From Octopus bimaculoides (Eukaryota), in the NCBI RefSeq assembly GCF_001194135.2, contig NC_068984.1, positions 90,116,329 through 90,180,328 on the forward strand: DNA of 64,000 nucleotides, read 5' to 3'. Numbering within the stretch: the first letter of the stretch is position 1; every line of letters begins with the position of its first letter. Made by a program: the position numbers and the translations under genes. Under the pieces are notes generated by a model. The model was given only the letters and a program-made list of their open reading frames with translations. It made no database searches and was not told the origin of the DNA. Below, in pieces: positions 50,896 to 63,860 of the stretch.

Positions 50896-52344
50896 TCTAT
50901 CTATTTATTTACCTATCAATCTATCTGTCTCTCTTTATGTTATCTTCTACATATTTGACTACATGTGTATATATGTGTATGCGTATATGATCATGTATGT
51001 ACATAAGAGTGATTTAACATACATTGAAATCAATACGTCTTTGTTAATTGTTAGACGAAGATAACTGTTATATTTTCTGTTCATTTTATACGATATCTAT
51101 TTGATCTTTATATATTGCAGACATTTTAGTCACCATCGTTTTGCTTGTCTTCGCATTTGCACAATGAAGATGCATTGAAGAAGGTTTACACAAAATATTT
51201 CATTTAAATGTGAATACCAAATACCTTTGACTTTTAAAACTGCAAGTGACGATTGAAAATTTCTATCTATTGGATGCTACAGTTATTGAAATGTTACTTT
51301 TATTATTATACTTTCACCAGTTTACATCTTATCTTTAACCACAATACTTCTTAAATCTCTTCCTATTTCTTATATCACTTTGTTATATAGGCGGACAGAG
51401 TGTACGACCGTGCTATACAGACTTATCCGCGACCTTTAACTGCGCGCCATTGGTGTAATTGATAAATGGATTATATGATGTTCAATGTGTTAGTTCATAC
51501 ATCACAAACTGTCTTTTCAGCCTAAATTGTTAACCCATACTCTCTACATGCACCACAGTAATACTCAATGGGTATCAACAAATCGGCATCTGCATGGATA
51601 ACCAGATCACAGACAGTTTCATACAGCAGGTCTCTAATCAAAGTAATGGAGTCCTTTGATGGTGCAAGAAATCGACAGTTGTAAAATAATTTTCCGCTGG
51701 TCGATATCTTATAAAAACGTCAGCAAATGCTTTTTTAGCACAACAGCGACAATCATAACAAAGAAGCCAGGACCGTTCGATCACTAGGTTTTACTCCACT
51801 CTCAACAAAGAGTTCTCCGTTAAAACAAACACTTAAAACTCATTGTTGTCATAGAAGGATCTAACGTTATACACGCATATTTTACGGCGAACCAACTTCT
51901 AGTATATCCTCGAAAACCGCCTGCAAACTACTCGAATTCCTATGTGCGATTTCGGAAACAATGATACAAGGCAACTTTTTGTTATACGCACTTTACCTGA
52001 ACATGATACGCTGTGAATTTCATGTCTATTGCTCTACAACTAAGGAGAAAACTAACCGTGGTCCATGCAGAAGCATTAGAGCATGCAATTAAGAAGCACT
52101 GTGAGAATGACATTACTTACAAATGACATATAAAAAGCTGACTACTATATATATGCCAAATGAAACCGGAATTTTGCAATAGTATTTTATTCACTTAGTT
52201 TTACATGTTTACACTTTTATCGCCTTCAATGAAGCAATGCATCGTTCCAGACGCGTTTTTTAATGTTCGAGGTAGTCCTGGAACTCTTACGAAGTGATGC
52301 TTTTTAACGCCTCCCTCGTTTTTCTTTCCTTCACCTTGTACACA

Positions 52345-52804
52345 TCTATAAATTCCGTAGCACCAGCGATGACCTTCGACGGCCCTCCAAGATCAGTTCA
52401 TGAAATTTTGTGATGTTTTCATTCATTCGAGAGGTCGGCGGTCACCCTGAAGGAGGTTGGTCTTCAAGTGACAAGTGGTCACTTGTCATTCCTAAAGTGT
52501 GGAAACCACTCGTAAACATGTTATTTGCTCATTACAGCATCATAGTAAGGTGTCTGAAGCAGCTGTTTTCGCCAACAGAAAGCAGGATTTCACGGACGCA
52601 TGCTTTCCCTTCGTTTCAGGCATCGCAAAAATCGATGAAAAGGGGAGAAGCACTGCAAAACAAAGAGGCACCACGTTGCAGTGCGACTTTAATCAACGAC
52701 GCCGGTTGGCAGACTGATGCCTGAGGGTCGCATCAAGTGGCTTCTAATGGCTTCTAGTGGCTTCTGGCAGAAAACGTTTCCGGTTACTTTTGGGTACCTT
52801 CTCG
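52345..52804 (-). mobile_element. mariner 5' part with TIR (same family as 37015-37632)
   Basis: Colinear with 37020-37630 and ends ...gggtaccttctcg|ta. Confidence 0.85.
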
Positions 52805-52862
52805 TACGTACGTATGTATGTATGTATGTATGTATGTATGTATGTATGTATGTATGCATGTA

Positions 52863-52908
<46 letters not shown>

Positions 52909-53170
52909 NNNNNNNNNNNNNNNNNNNNNNNNNNNNNNNNNNNNNNNNNNNNNNNNNNNNNNNNNNNNNNNNNNNNNNNNNNNNNNNNNNNACCGCCTTG
53001 AAGGGCTTTAGTCAAACAAATCGAATCCATGACTTTTTTTCTGACGCCTGGAACTTATTCTATCCGTTATTTTCCCGAACAGCTAAGTTATGAGGATGTA
53101 AACATATCAACAAGCGGTGGTGGGGAACAAACACAGATACAAACACATAGATATGTACATACATATAAAT

Positions 53171-53212
<42 letters not shown>

Positions 53213-53216
53213 ATGT

Positions 53217-53571
53217 GTGGAGGCGCAATGGCCTAGTGGTTAGGGCAGCGGACACGCGGTTGTGGGATCGCGGATTCGATTCCCAGACCAGGCGTTGTGA
53301 GCTCCACGAGGCTCAGGTGGTGTGGGGTGGCGAACCCTGCAGTACTCTTTCACCACAACTTTTTTTTCTCTCTCTCTTTCTTCCTATATCTGTTGTACTT
53401 GTATTTCAAAGGGCCAGCCTTGTCACAAACTGTGCCACGCTGAATCTCCTTAACTACTTTAAGCGTGCACGTGTCTGTGGAGTGCTCAGCCACTTGCACG
53501 TTAATTTCGCGAGCAGGCTGTTCCGTTGATCGGATCAACTGGAACCCTCGTCGTTGTAACCGACGGAGTGC
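53217..53571 (+). mobile_element. Near full-length tRNA-derived SINE
   Basis: Head gaggcgcaatggcctagtggttagggcagcgg...ggattcgattccc (A and B boxes). Inverted homologue at 59510-59894. Confidence 0.9.
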
Positions 53572-54663
53572 TACGATATATATATATGTTTGAAAATCCT
53601 ACACGATTAGGTGAAAAGCGCTTTATTTAATTTATAAAACATGTGACATTAATAAAAATCTGTAAATGTACAAACATCCAGATTTCTGAGTACCTTAATT
53701 TTTTTCTATAATATAATTTCTGTACATCGCCTCCAAACCTTCCAATATATNNNNNNNNNNNNNNNNNNNNNNNNNNNNNNNNNNNNNNNNNNNNNNNNNN
53801 NNNNNNNNNNNNNNNNNNNNNNNNNNNNNNNNNNNNNNNNNNNNNNNNNNNNNNNNNNNNNNNNNNNNNNNNNNNNNNNNNNNNNNNNNNNNNNNNNNNN
53901 NNNNNNNNNNNNNNNNNNNNNNNNNNNNNNNNNNNNNNNNNNNNNNNNNNNNNNNNNNNNNNNNNNNNNNNNNNNNNNNNNNNNNNNNNNNNNNNNNNNA
54001 TATATATATAATTGATTCAGTAACCAGAAGATGCATTTTGTACGACGATCATTTTGAACCATCCTGCTACTGTTCCTTACAGGTGGAACTCCGTGCAACA
54101 TGTTGTGGTTGCATCCATTTTGTAATCGGGATCACATCAGGTACACCCATACATAACGTGGTCTCTAGCATAAGATCTTGAGTTTCGGCGGTCATGTTTT
54201 TATTTCCCGTAAAATTAAGGAATGAAGCATTGCTACAATTTTCATTACTATTAGCCTTCCATAACAAAAATGGTAAACACTTGTAAATATAAATATATAA
54301 CTGCGCATTAGAAAAAAAGCAGAAAGAAAACAAATTTCCTTTTGTAGGGGAAGTAAATAGGAGATGGACAACGGGGGGATTAAGTCATATTAAATTTAAG
54401 ACTGGAGAAAGGTATTAAAAAAAGGAAGAGAAAAAGAAAAAGAATGTGCCCAGGGGGCATATATACACACATTCATACATATCCGCACATACAACCACAC
54501 AGAGACGTCGGCACCCTCACCTCTTTGACTCATTTCGGCCGCAATTCCTACAATTTATAGTCGGAAGATAACTACATTAAAGGTTTATCATCACAGTTAC
54601 TCTAAAACTAAGACAGAGTGTAGACAATTTGATACATATACATACACACACGCACTCTATCTA

Positions 54664-54699
<36 letters not shown>

Positions 54700-54839
54700 C
54701 AAATATACACTAATATTTACACACACATTATACACACACGCACACACACACGCATACACATATGTATATACACAGACACACACACATATGTACATATATA
54801 TATGTGTGTGTGTATGTATATATATATATATATATATAC

Positions 54840-54871
<32 letters not shown>

Positions 54872-54900
54872 CATGTGCGTGTGTGTGTGTGTGTGTGTGT

Positions 54901-54934
<34 letters not shown>

Positions 54935-55048
54935 ACCTACACACATGTACATACACACATGCATACATTCTCAACTAGATCTAAGTATTTTTACTCCTTC
55001 GTTAGTTTTTCAAGCAGAAACTTTTTCTTAACATATTTTAGTTACATA

Positions 55049-56500
55049 CGGTTGCATTCTTAAGTTTCATATATGAACATATATAACTGTATATAAACAT
55101 GATAAATTATATTTTTGTCTCTTTAGCTAATTTGTCAATGAGGTTTTTTTTTAAAAAAAAAGAATAGCTATACTCTAGTAATTTTTTGTCAGCACACAGT
55201 TGCATTCAAAAGTATCATATATGAACATATATAACTATATAAACAGGATCTGTTCAGTTTGGCTCAGATTGTTTAATTATTTTTTTTTTAACTAAACAGT
55301 TTGAAACTTCGTGTACTTCGTATTCTTCTCATGCAGAACACGGTTTACTTTGAACAGTTTGGGCAAAATTTAGTATTTTAGAAGTAATTTCATGTTAAAG
55401 CTTTCGTATTTGGGTAATTTCAACCAATCAACGACGTGTATTCAGTTGAAGAAAGTTACTGCTTTTTCCGATAATAATCGAAGAGGAACAACTTCCGAGT
55501 CATCTCTACTATATGTCATCATTCTGTACTATTCGTATGTCGATCGAAGACGATGCCACCTTTATACGTTCTTCCTTTCTAATCAGCACCGTGCATTTCT
55601 TACTTTTTCCCTCTCTTCTACACTAGCAACTAGTAACCAGTGAGCGAACTTGTCACTGTCACTGCAATTACCATATTTTCCGGTGTATTAGCCGCTATTT
55701 GTTTTGTTTTACCGTCATGTTTTGATAATGTTATTTTTAATGTAATAAAGATTTTTATATTGACGAACTGTGTTTGTTGTTGATTATAGTAAAATAAAAT
55801 TATGACTATGACAATACATCTCATAGTTGTAAAATAAGGCATTTTGAAACTATATATACGTCAACAACAAAAAAGCTAGCTACGAACTCGTAGCTCTATA
55901 GATCTCTTAAACACCGGTGCGCTTTATGTGTGGATAAAACACCGATGTCGGGCAACGAATAAATATATCTAAATAATATTTCTTCCTTCTTGATGTTGAT
56001 TCTTCGATGTTTACTGTTTACTTCGTCGCGAGAAGCAGGACAAAAAGCGTGTAATATGCAACTCAGGCAGTAAACAAAAAATGGAATAGAACAGAGTGGT
56101 GACGATTAGTAGAGATGACCCGGATGTTGTTCCTCTTCGATTACTATCGCAAACAGCAGTAGCTTTCTTCAACTGAATACACATCTTTGATTGGTTGAAA
56201 TTACCCAAATACGAAAGATTTAACACGTAATAACTTCTAAAATACCAAATTTTTCAAAAATGTTCAACGTAAGCCGTGTTCTGCGTGAGAAGAATACGAA
56301 GTATACGAAGTTTCAAACTGCTTAGTTAAAAAAACATTAATTTAAAAATCTGCGAGCCAAACAAAATAGATCCTATAAACATAAATGAAATAAAAGATAT
56401 TTTTGTCTCTTTAGTTAATCAGTCTATTACGTTTTATTTAAAAAACTATACTTTAATGACCTACCGTTGCATTCTGCAACAGTCCTATATGAACCTACCT
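55049..56500. repeat. Degenerate about 130-150-bp tandem repeat (3 unit starts) interrupted by the TIR element
   Basis: c.gttgcattc...tatatgaac...atatttttgtctctttag recurs from 55049, 55197 and 56464. Confidence 0.8.
55245..56374. mobile_element. 1130-bp non-autonomous TIR element (about 290-bp TIRs, 6-bp TSD ATAAAC)
   Basis: 55245-55534 is an inverted copy of 56084-56374 (about 85% by eye). Ends are AGGATCT...AGATCCT, with ataaac at 55239-55244 and 56375-56380. Confidence 0.88.
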
Positions 56501-56519
56501 AGATAAATGTAGCGTTCTC

Positions 56520-57050
56520 ATCCAATTCTTCCGAGGAATGTTTCATGGTTGTTGTTCACGAGGTTGTCAGCCAGGGAGGTGGGGCGGTGAATTCGAATGC
56601 TTGGGGTTATATGTTCTTTGTGTTTGGTTTATATTGGTTATGTGTGGTTTCCATTGTACTGTGTGAAGGTGTACTTAACTGTATGCATGCATCTTGGCAG
56701 TCGTTTTGCAAATCTATTTATAATCCTATCTTTCGTTAACAATATAGACAACGATTCCTCAGAACATAGCTGGAATTTCCAAGATAGAGCGTTATAGTGA
56801 CTCGCATGTCTAATTATTGACCAGGTCAGGTTGTACTTTAGCTTCTCTTCGTTGAGTCGCCAGACGAAATCGAGTTGAAGGTTTCGACATCTGTTTTTTG
56901 AAAATATTGGCCGATGCACCGATATATACGAACGAGACACCACTTCATGTATGGATGTACCTGATGTAACCCAGGGAGCAAAATGGATGCAACACATGTT
57001 GCACCGAGTCCCACGCATAAGGGAAAGTAGCAAGATATGTCGAAACGATC
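56520..57050 (-). mobile_element. Penelope-like element 3' fragment (GIY-YIG C-terminal region)
   Basis: WRLNEEKLKYNLTWSIIRHASHYNALSWKFQLCSEESLSILL..IN..PRCMH matches the PLE endonuclease tail (W..L...WSI...Y...CxLCxxEK..IL...CRH). Confidence 0.75.
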
Positions 57051-57144
57051 GCCGTACAAAATAAAGTTAGTAAGCAAGCCTCTTACTACACAGCCTATAT
57101 ATATTTTAATATATTTGTATATAATGTGTGTATATAATGTGTAT

Positions 57145-57226
<82 letters not shown>

Positions 57227-58139
57227 TAATCTATGTGTAGCAGAAATGTGAAGGTGTCGATTCATTACGACTATTTCAAGCAACTCCTTTAATTGATTAA
57301 TGTAAACATTACATCATTTGAAAGAAACCGTTCTCGTCAGATGACCACATAGACTTCAAACATAAAGGATACAATCATTTTCTTAATATATTCACATCAA
57401 TAATGGAACTCAAAATATTTACATTGTTTCCTTTGTCATATATGTGGCAGAATGAGTTTAGAAAACAATGCATACCTTGTTAAGTCTACGAAAAGGAAAA
57501 GAGTAGTAGAGGAACTAGTAGGGATCAGGATAAAAAGAATAGTGATCTAGTTACTTATATTTAGGAGAGTTGACTTGCTATCCCACAGGGGTGTCAGGAT
57601 TTCACCACAACAGAAAATTTAAATCAATATATAGAAGGATAGAAATTAAATTTAAAACCTAATAATGGGATACTTTGATATATAAGAAAAAACTCTTAAG
57701 ACTTTTCCTGAACATAGTGTATAGGAAATCATAGTTTATACAAGATCATGATAAAACATTCTATAATGAATGTATAAGGGAATTAAATTATCATATGAAT
57801 AGAAATTCATAGTCTATTTTAAACTTATATAACAACTATTCTCTTCATTACAAGTGGATAAATATAAAATACCGTAAAAGATGGTATCCAAAATATTGGG
57901 TAATTGAATTACCGACCTAGCAAGGAATCTCAATTTAAGTACGTAATTCAACGAAATNNNNNNNNNNTATATATCAGGTTGAGTAAAAAGTAAGCAACGT
58001 TTTGAACCATGAAGAATTTGCACCAGACTTCTTCGGAAATTTGAATCATTTTTAAACATTTGTTTTTGTTTTGCAATTGTCTGATAATACAGACATAGAC
58101 TTGTCCAGATGCATCAATAAATTAACATTGATATTTTTT

Positions 58140-60310
58140 TCACGTTGCTCCAATCAGCTTTTCAAAGAGCTTCTCTCGTTCTCAGCTGATTTTTGTATCG
58201 TTACGGATAGGTTGTCCTTTGTTGAAGGTCCTCCCTAGCGGGGCTACCTGTTGTTGCTGATTGTTTGACTTTGTTATATTGTTTTTTATTGTTTCCTCTC
58301 CCAGAGGGGAGCAAAAATTACAGTGAGCATGGAGGAAGTGCAGGGGCGTGCCGGGAGCTACGCATCAGTAGCAGGCCGCAATAATATTGTTGCGACTGTT
58401 AAACACCTGGAAGTTAAAGAGGTGCTTGTAGACTTCGAGACAATGAAGAACAGTAGAAAATTGTTACAAAGAGAAGGGTCCAAATTGAAATTCATGCCAC
58501 CAGAAGAAGTAACAAGAAACACGAATGAGAAAACAGTGGTCTACCGAACCCTCTCGTTAGCAACCAAGAAAATTGAAAAGGCGAAAGAGGAAGAGTTAGA
58601 AGAAGGCTTAAAAGAAATAAGTAATATAGAATTCTGTTGTAGAGGAAGGAAGTTTGGCACAGTGGAGGTGCACTTCCCAACTGTGGAGGAGGCAACAAAG
58701 CACTCTACTGTGACCTTGAAATCGGAAAATGGGCACTACTGTCAACTTGTCTCGGAAAGCGAGTGGCAAGAATGAGAACTAGAAGGGTGCCCCCAGAGAT
58801 CAACGAGATGTGGCTGCTAGCAGCTACCCTGATGGATACCAAAGATGACCCGCAAGTGCTGAAAGTAAGCCGTACTAAACAGCTGAATTGGCAGGTATAT
58901 GGCCTAGAAGTCATAATCCAGGCCACCACACTGGACCTACAAGAGATAATGGAGGAAATGGAGCTGCCAGAGCTGCGTGTGGTAGTGGACGGAAGACTTC
59001 CCACATGCTACGACTGCAGAGAGAAGGGCCATGTTAAGGCAAATTGCCCCCTTCTCGATAACCAAACGTCAATGGGGGTGAGACAAGAGAAAAGTAGTAG
59101 CAACGAGAAGCTTCAGGAAGGTACAGAGGAGGGAGATATGAATGAAGTGCATCATTCATAGTACATGAAACTCAGAACAGGAATAGAAAATACATCAAGA
59201 ACTGTCCACCCCCAAAGAACTCTAAAAAAAGAAGAAAGAACTGAGTGACACACAATCACCCACACAGCAACAAACACACAAGTAAATCGCAGACAGCCCA
59301 GATTCCCCAACCAAATATACACCAACACGTACACACAGTCCAATAACTCCAATAAAATATTCGCAAGCACTCACAGACAATACAGGTGTGTATGCACTAA
59401 CAAATTCTGTCAGTACAAATTCACTAATTCAATACATACAAGCAGACACACAAGAAATACAGAACAATTATACACATAGAACATGTATAATACACTATTG
59501 GAGGAATATTGTTGTTGGCACTCCGTCGCTTACGACGTCGATGGTTCCAGTTGATCCGATCAACGGAACATCCTGCTCGTGAAATTAACGTGCAAGTGGC
59601 TGAGCACTCCACAAACACGTGTACCCTTAATGTAGTTCTCGGGGATATTCAGCGTGACACACTGTGACAAGGCTGGACATTTGAAATACAGGTAGAACAG
59701 AAACAGGAAGAAAGAGTGAGAGAAAGTTGTGGTGGAAGAGTACAGCAGGGTTCGCCACCATCCCCTGCCGGAGCCTCGTGGAGATTTAGATGTTTTCGTT
59801 CAATAAACACTCACAACGCTCGGTCTGGGAATCGAAACCGCAACCCTATGACCGCGAGTCCGCTGCCCTAACCACTGGGCCATTGCGCCTTCACTGGACG
59901 AATATAGCCATCGAAGAGAAAATCGGGAAGATGAAGTCAGTAATTAGAGTTATAGAAGCGGATAATATAAGAGCTCCAGGTATGGAATGCATTTTGATTG
60001 ATATGAAAAACTATAAAAAAATTAAAAGCAAACTTTGGAAACGATGTAAACTCATTAGGGGTAGAAATACGATACGACCATTTTCCACCTGTGGTAGAAT
60101 TCGAAAAATTGAACCCGCTTTGCATTTACTGTGATAATTATTCGGATAAGCGTTGGATTTGGGATCGAGTAGCCATTACATCTTCATTTTATATAATTTC
60201 ATTTCATTCATCCGTTTTTTATGTTTTTTGTCCCCACTTGTGCTGTCTTGTCTGTCCTTGTTCATCCCATCTGTGTAAGACCATATGGTCAATAAAAGAA
60301 ATATTTTCCA
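58140..60310 (+). mobile_element. ORF1-only (RT-less) L1/Tx1-related retroelement
   Basis: ORF1 58329-59161 has one frameshift near 58730 and a CCHC knuckle CYDCREKGHVKANC. No ORF2 follows. It ends gaccatatggtc AATAAA (60279-60296). Confidence 0.65.
59510..59894 (-). mobile_element. Full-length tRNA-derived SINE with 11-bp TSD
   Basis: Reverse complement of the 53217 family, with a (CAA) tail. TSD tggaggaatat (59499-59509) / tggacgaatat (59895-59905). Confidence 0.92.
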
Positions 60311-60315
60311 ATCAT

Positions 60316-63300
60316 CTCTGACCGAGTTGATCGTAATTTTTGTTTGTACGTTGTTCGAAAGGTTTGGCGTAAGTTGTAATATTTGTGTTGATTTATTACA
60401 TTGTTAAACTTTTGTTGAGCGTTTTTTAAACACCTATTTTTCTGTTTGTGGCAGACCTTTGTTAACGTTTTCCTCCTTGTGTGAAGGGGGGAAATATTGT
60501 TGCATTTTTCAAAAAACAAAAATAGACAAATCGCCTATTAAAACCAAGACCAGTAGTGAACCTGGTACAAGTGAAGATATCAGAAGGGGAGAAAGTAGCA
60601 CAGTTTTAATTAGCATGCCGACAGAAGAGTTTATGCAAGGAAGAAAAGCTAACAATTTTGCAGCAGCGACCGGTGTTTCAAAAAAGACATTAAATTGTGA
60701 AGCAATGAGCTCGGAAAATACAAAGGTATGATGAAAAGGGAGGGGAGCAAAACAGTGATTACCCCTCCCAGTGAAATGACGCCGAATGCACTGCGGTGCA
60801 CCGTGATATATAAATCATTTGTAACCAAAGTAAAAAAAAAACTGGGTCTTACATCACAAGAGGGGTGAAGTATGCCACAATAGAAACTGCGGAGGTGGTT
60901 ATCCTACCTAAGTATCTTGGAAGACGGAATTCCAAGATTAAGGTAGAAGACATTCCACCCGAAGTAGATCCCGCTTGGCTGGTGGCAGCCATAATAAACG
61001 GCTTGGTGGATAAGATCACAATTCTCTAAGCCTCAGCGTTTGGACTGCAGAACTGGCAGAGGCAAGGCCTCGAAACGATTATAGAGGCTACCCAGGCTAA
61101 TTTAGAAAATATTATAGCAAACTATACAGGTGGGGGAGACTAAGCTGTGAGTGACGGTAGAGGAGAAGATGCCTTGTTGCTACAAGCGTGGCCATAAAGG
61201 CTACATTAGGGCCGAGTGCAAACCTCTTCCCGAAAAAGCAGCGACTTTCTCACCTGAAGAAACATAAGCAGAAGCTGCAGGTGAAACGCAAGATGAAACT
61301 TCGGAAAATGCAAAAGAGGAAGAGGAGATAGAGGAAACCCATGGAGAAAGGTGGGAAATTTTCTCGAGAAAAAAAAGGAAAAAGACCCTTTCCATACATC
61401 CCCACTAGTCCTACATAAAAAAAAAACAGATCACACAACTATAAAACAAAATCCCAGCCCAAAATGTTCCCCACCCATCTAAACATGGATTATACAGCAG
61501 TAGTGACTTGTTAGTCGTCACTACTGCAGTGACTAAATGACATACCAAATGTGGCCAAAGTTACCAAAGACTACGAGGGAAAACATCTCTCAAAATATTG
61601 CTATTTATAAAATAGACAGAGTCAATTATAACATGTTGGTAAATCGATTTAAAAACGATATGGACCCTCTGAAGAAAGGCTTTTCCCTACTAATATTTGA
61701 GGGCCTAGTCAACGACACCTCGCAAGCTCCAGATGCAAAACGAAAGGAATGAGATGGACGTATCACCCCATCACAAACTGTAAGTATGACCATTATGGAT
61801 ATTCTTAATGTATGGTGTTTGAATGCACGCGGCCGGGGTCAGAGTGGAACAAGATCGTTTCCTTAATGATCTCAGGTCGCATAGAATGGATATTATGGTT
61901 GCCACAGAGTCCAGACCGAATAGTGAACGAGACTTTTCCCGCCTCCCAAATGGCTACCGAAAAATTATTTCTCTATGACTAACTGGAGGAGGTAGAAGCG
62001 TTGCTGTACTGCTCAGAAAAATACCTGGATTTAGAGACAAGAACTATCTTCATCGACCCAGAAGGTAGGTTGGTCGTCTTTGACGTGACACTAAGCAGGG
62101 TTAAGGTCTTGAGGCTGGTAGCTGTCTATGCTCCCTCGGGAACTGGATAGTCTGATTTTTTCCAGGGACGTCTCCCACCATAGTAATGTTAGGTGACCTT
62201 AACGTAATCTGCGATGCATGTGTAGATTACGTTGGCTCGTCTACTGATAGGAGGAGAAACTCGTGCTTTAATAATCTGTTCAGTCGATTTCAGCTAGCAG
62301 ATAGGTACAGACTAGATGTTCCATTGTGGACATGGACTAATAGCGATGGGTCATCTAGATCTTACTTAGATAGGATTCTAATTAGGGAAATAGACAAAAA
62401 CCTAGTTAGTCGTTCACAATTTCAATATGTCAGCTACAGTGATAACAAATTTGTGACCTGTAGGCTGGACTTAGGTAAGTTACGTAGACAGGGATCCTGC
62501 TACTGGAAACTCAATAAGTCATGAGTACAGGACTCGGATTAGATAGTGATGAGGGCATTGTGTGGTGCTATTATTAACAACTGGTAGTATGCCCTCAAAA
62601 GAGCCATAAAAGTTTAGTCTATTAGGTATAGCAAAGAATTGGCTAAAAAAATAGAGAGGGCTTTAGTTAGGACCCTAGACAAACCAATGGAATCTGGTTC
62701 CGCACCCCGAGTTTTAGCTGAGAGAATGGCGCTTAACCATTACCTCGAGGCCAAAAACGAAGGATGCGTAATCAGGACTAAGCAACGTGCAATGAATCGG
62801 GAAGGAATCAAAGCCGCCAGATGGACCTGTATGATAGAGACCAAACATGGTAATAATGGCAATATAAGGTCTTTGATGAATAATCAAGGGAACTTGGTAA
62901 ACGAACTCGGGGAGATGTGTAAAGTCCTTCAGGAGCATTTCGCCCTGCTTTTCGTGAGGGGCGGCGAGCCGGGATGGAGGAGGGACCTCACGGACTTCCT
63001 CACTGGCGTGCCGCGTCTCACGAGGCGGGAAGCAGAGTGCTGTGAAGGGCCGATCACAGCCGCAGAGATGCAGGAGGTTTTGTCGAACTACGGTGGGGGC
63101 AAGTCACTGGGACTAGATGGTCTCCCCTACGAGCTTTATAACAGTATACCAGACTTGTTCAGGCGCCAACTGGCACGCGTCTTCACCAACTGACAACAGA
63201 ATGGGTTTATACACAGATCTGTGAACCAGGGAGTGGTGACACTCCTTAGAAAAGATCCAAACAAGGGGGATTTTATAGATAATTTCAGGCCCATCACTCT

Positions 63301-63860
63301 GTGTAACACATAGTTGAAGATTTTGGCCAAGGTGTTAGCAAAAAGGTTGGCGCGTGTCGTGGGTGGAATCGTCGGGAAGGCACAAACTAGTGCCGTTCCT
63401 GGCAGAGCCATACACGATAATCTCTGTCTTCTACGCTACACTTTAGATAGGGTTAACGAGTCTCCTGGTAAGGGTGGGGCTCTGGTCCATTTAGACCAGT
63501 CCAAAGCTTTTGACAAGGTTGACCATCGGTGTCTGGTGTCGATCCTCGCAGCATTCGGGCCTATCCCCGTCTTCCGCGGGTGGATCATTGCCGTATACAA
63601 AAACATCGATTCGATCATTCGGGTGAACAGGTTCGTCTCCCAGCCGTTCAACATCAAGCGCTTTGTTCATCAAGGGTGTCCTCTCTCCCCGCTTCTGTAT
63701 GTGTTGGCTCTAAAGCCCTTACTGCGGAAGTTGGCGGGCTTGAAGGGCGTCCCACGCGATCTCGGTTGCAGTAGGATGGTTTCGGCGTACGTGGATGACA
63801 TTACCATCATCGTGTCCGAGATTGTACACTTACAGAGGTTAGGCAAAGCCATTAAGGACT
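60316..63860 (+). mobile_element. L1/Tx1-clade LINE (ORF1 with decayed knuckle, APE endonuclease, RT), decayed and 3'-truncated
   Basis: ORF1 remnant KVEDIPPEVDPAWLVAA..CYKRGHKGYIRAEC; APE CLNARG, LGDLN, SYLDRIL, YWKLN; RT GKSLGLDGLPYELY, FRPITLCNT, LDQSKAFDKVDH, QGCPLSPLLY, YVDDIT. Multiple stops and frameshifts. Confidence 0.93.

Noticed and set aside
51370-52120. CpG-containing non-repeat stretch with ATTGG and TATAAAA as a promoter
   Set aside because: There is no linked exon or ORF, and the motifs are too short to support a call.
53217-53295. tRNA gene (also the heads at 24305, 38580-38636 and 59820-59894)
   Set aside because: The cloverleaf is incomplete and each head continues into a SINE body.
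54030-54120. LYDDHFEPSCY, reminiscent of a THAP zinc-finger motif
   Set aside because: It is a single short motif next to a gap, with no upstream CxxxC or AVPTIF; a profile search would be needed.
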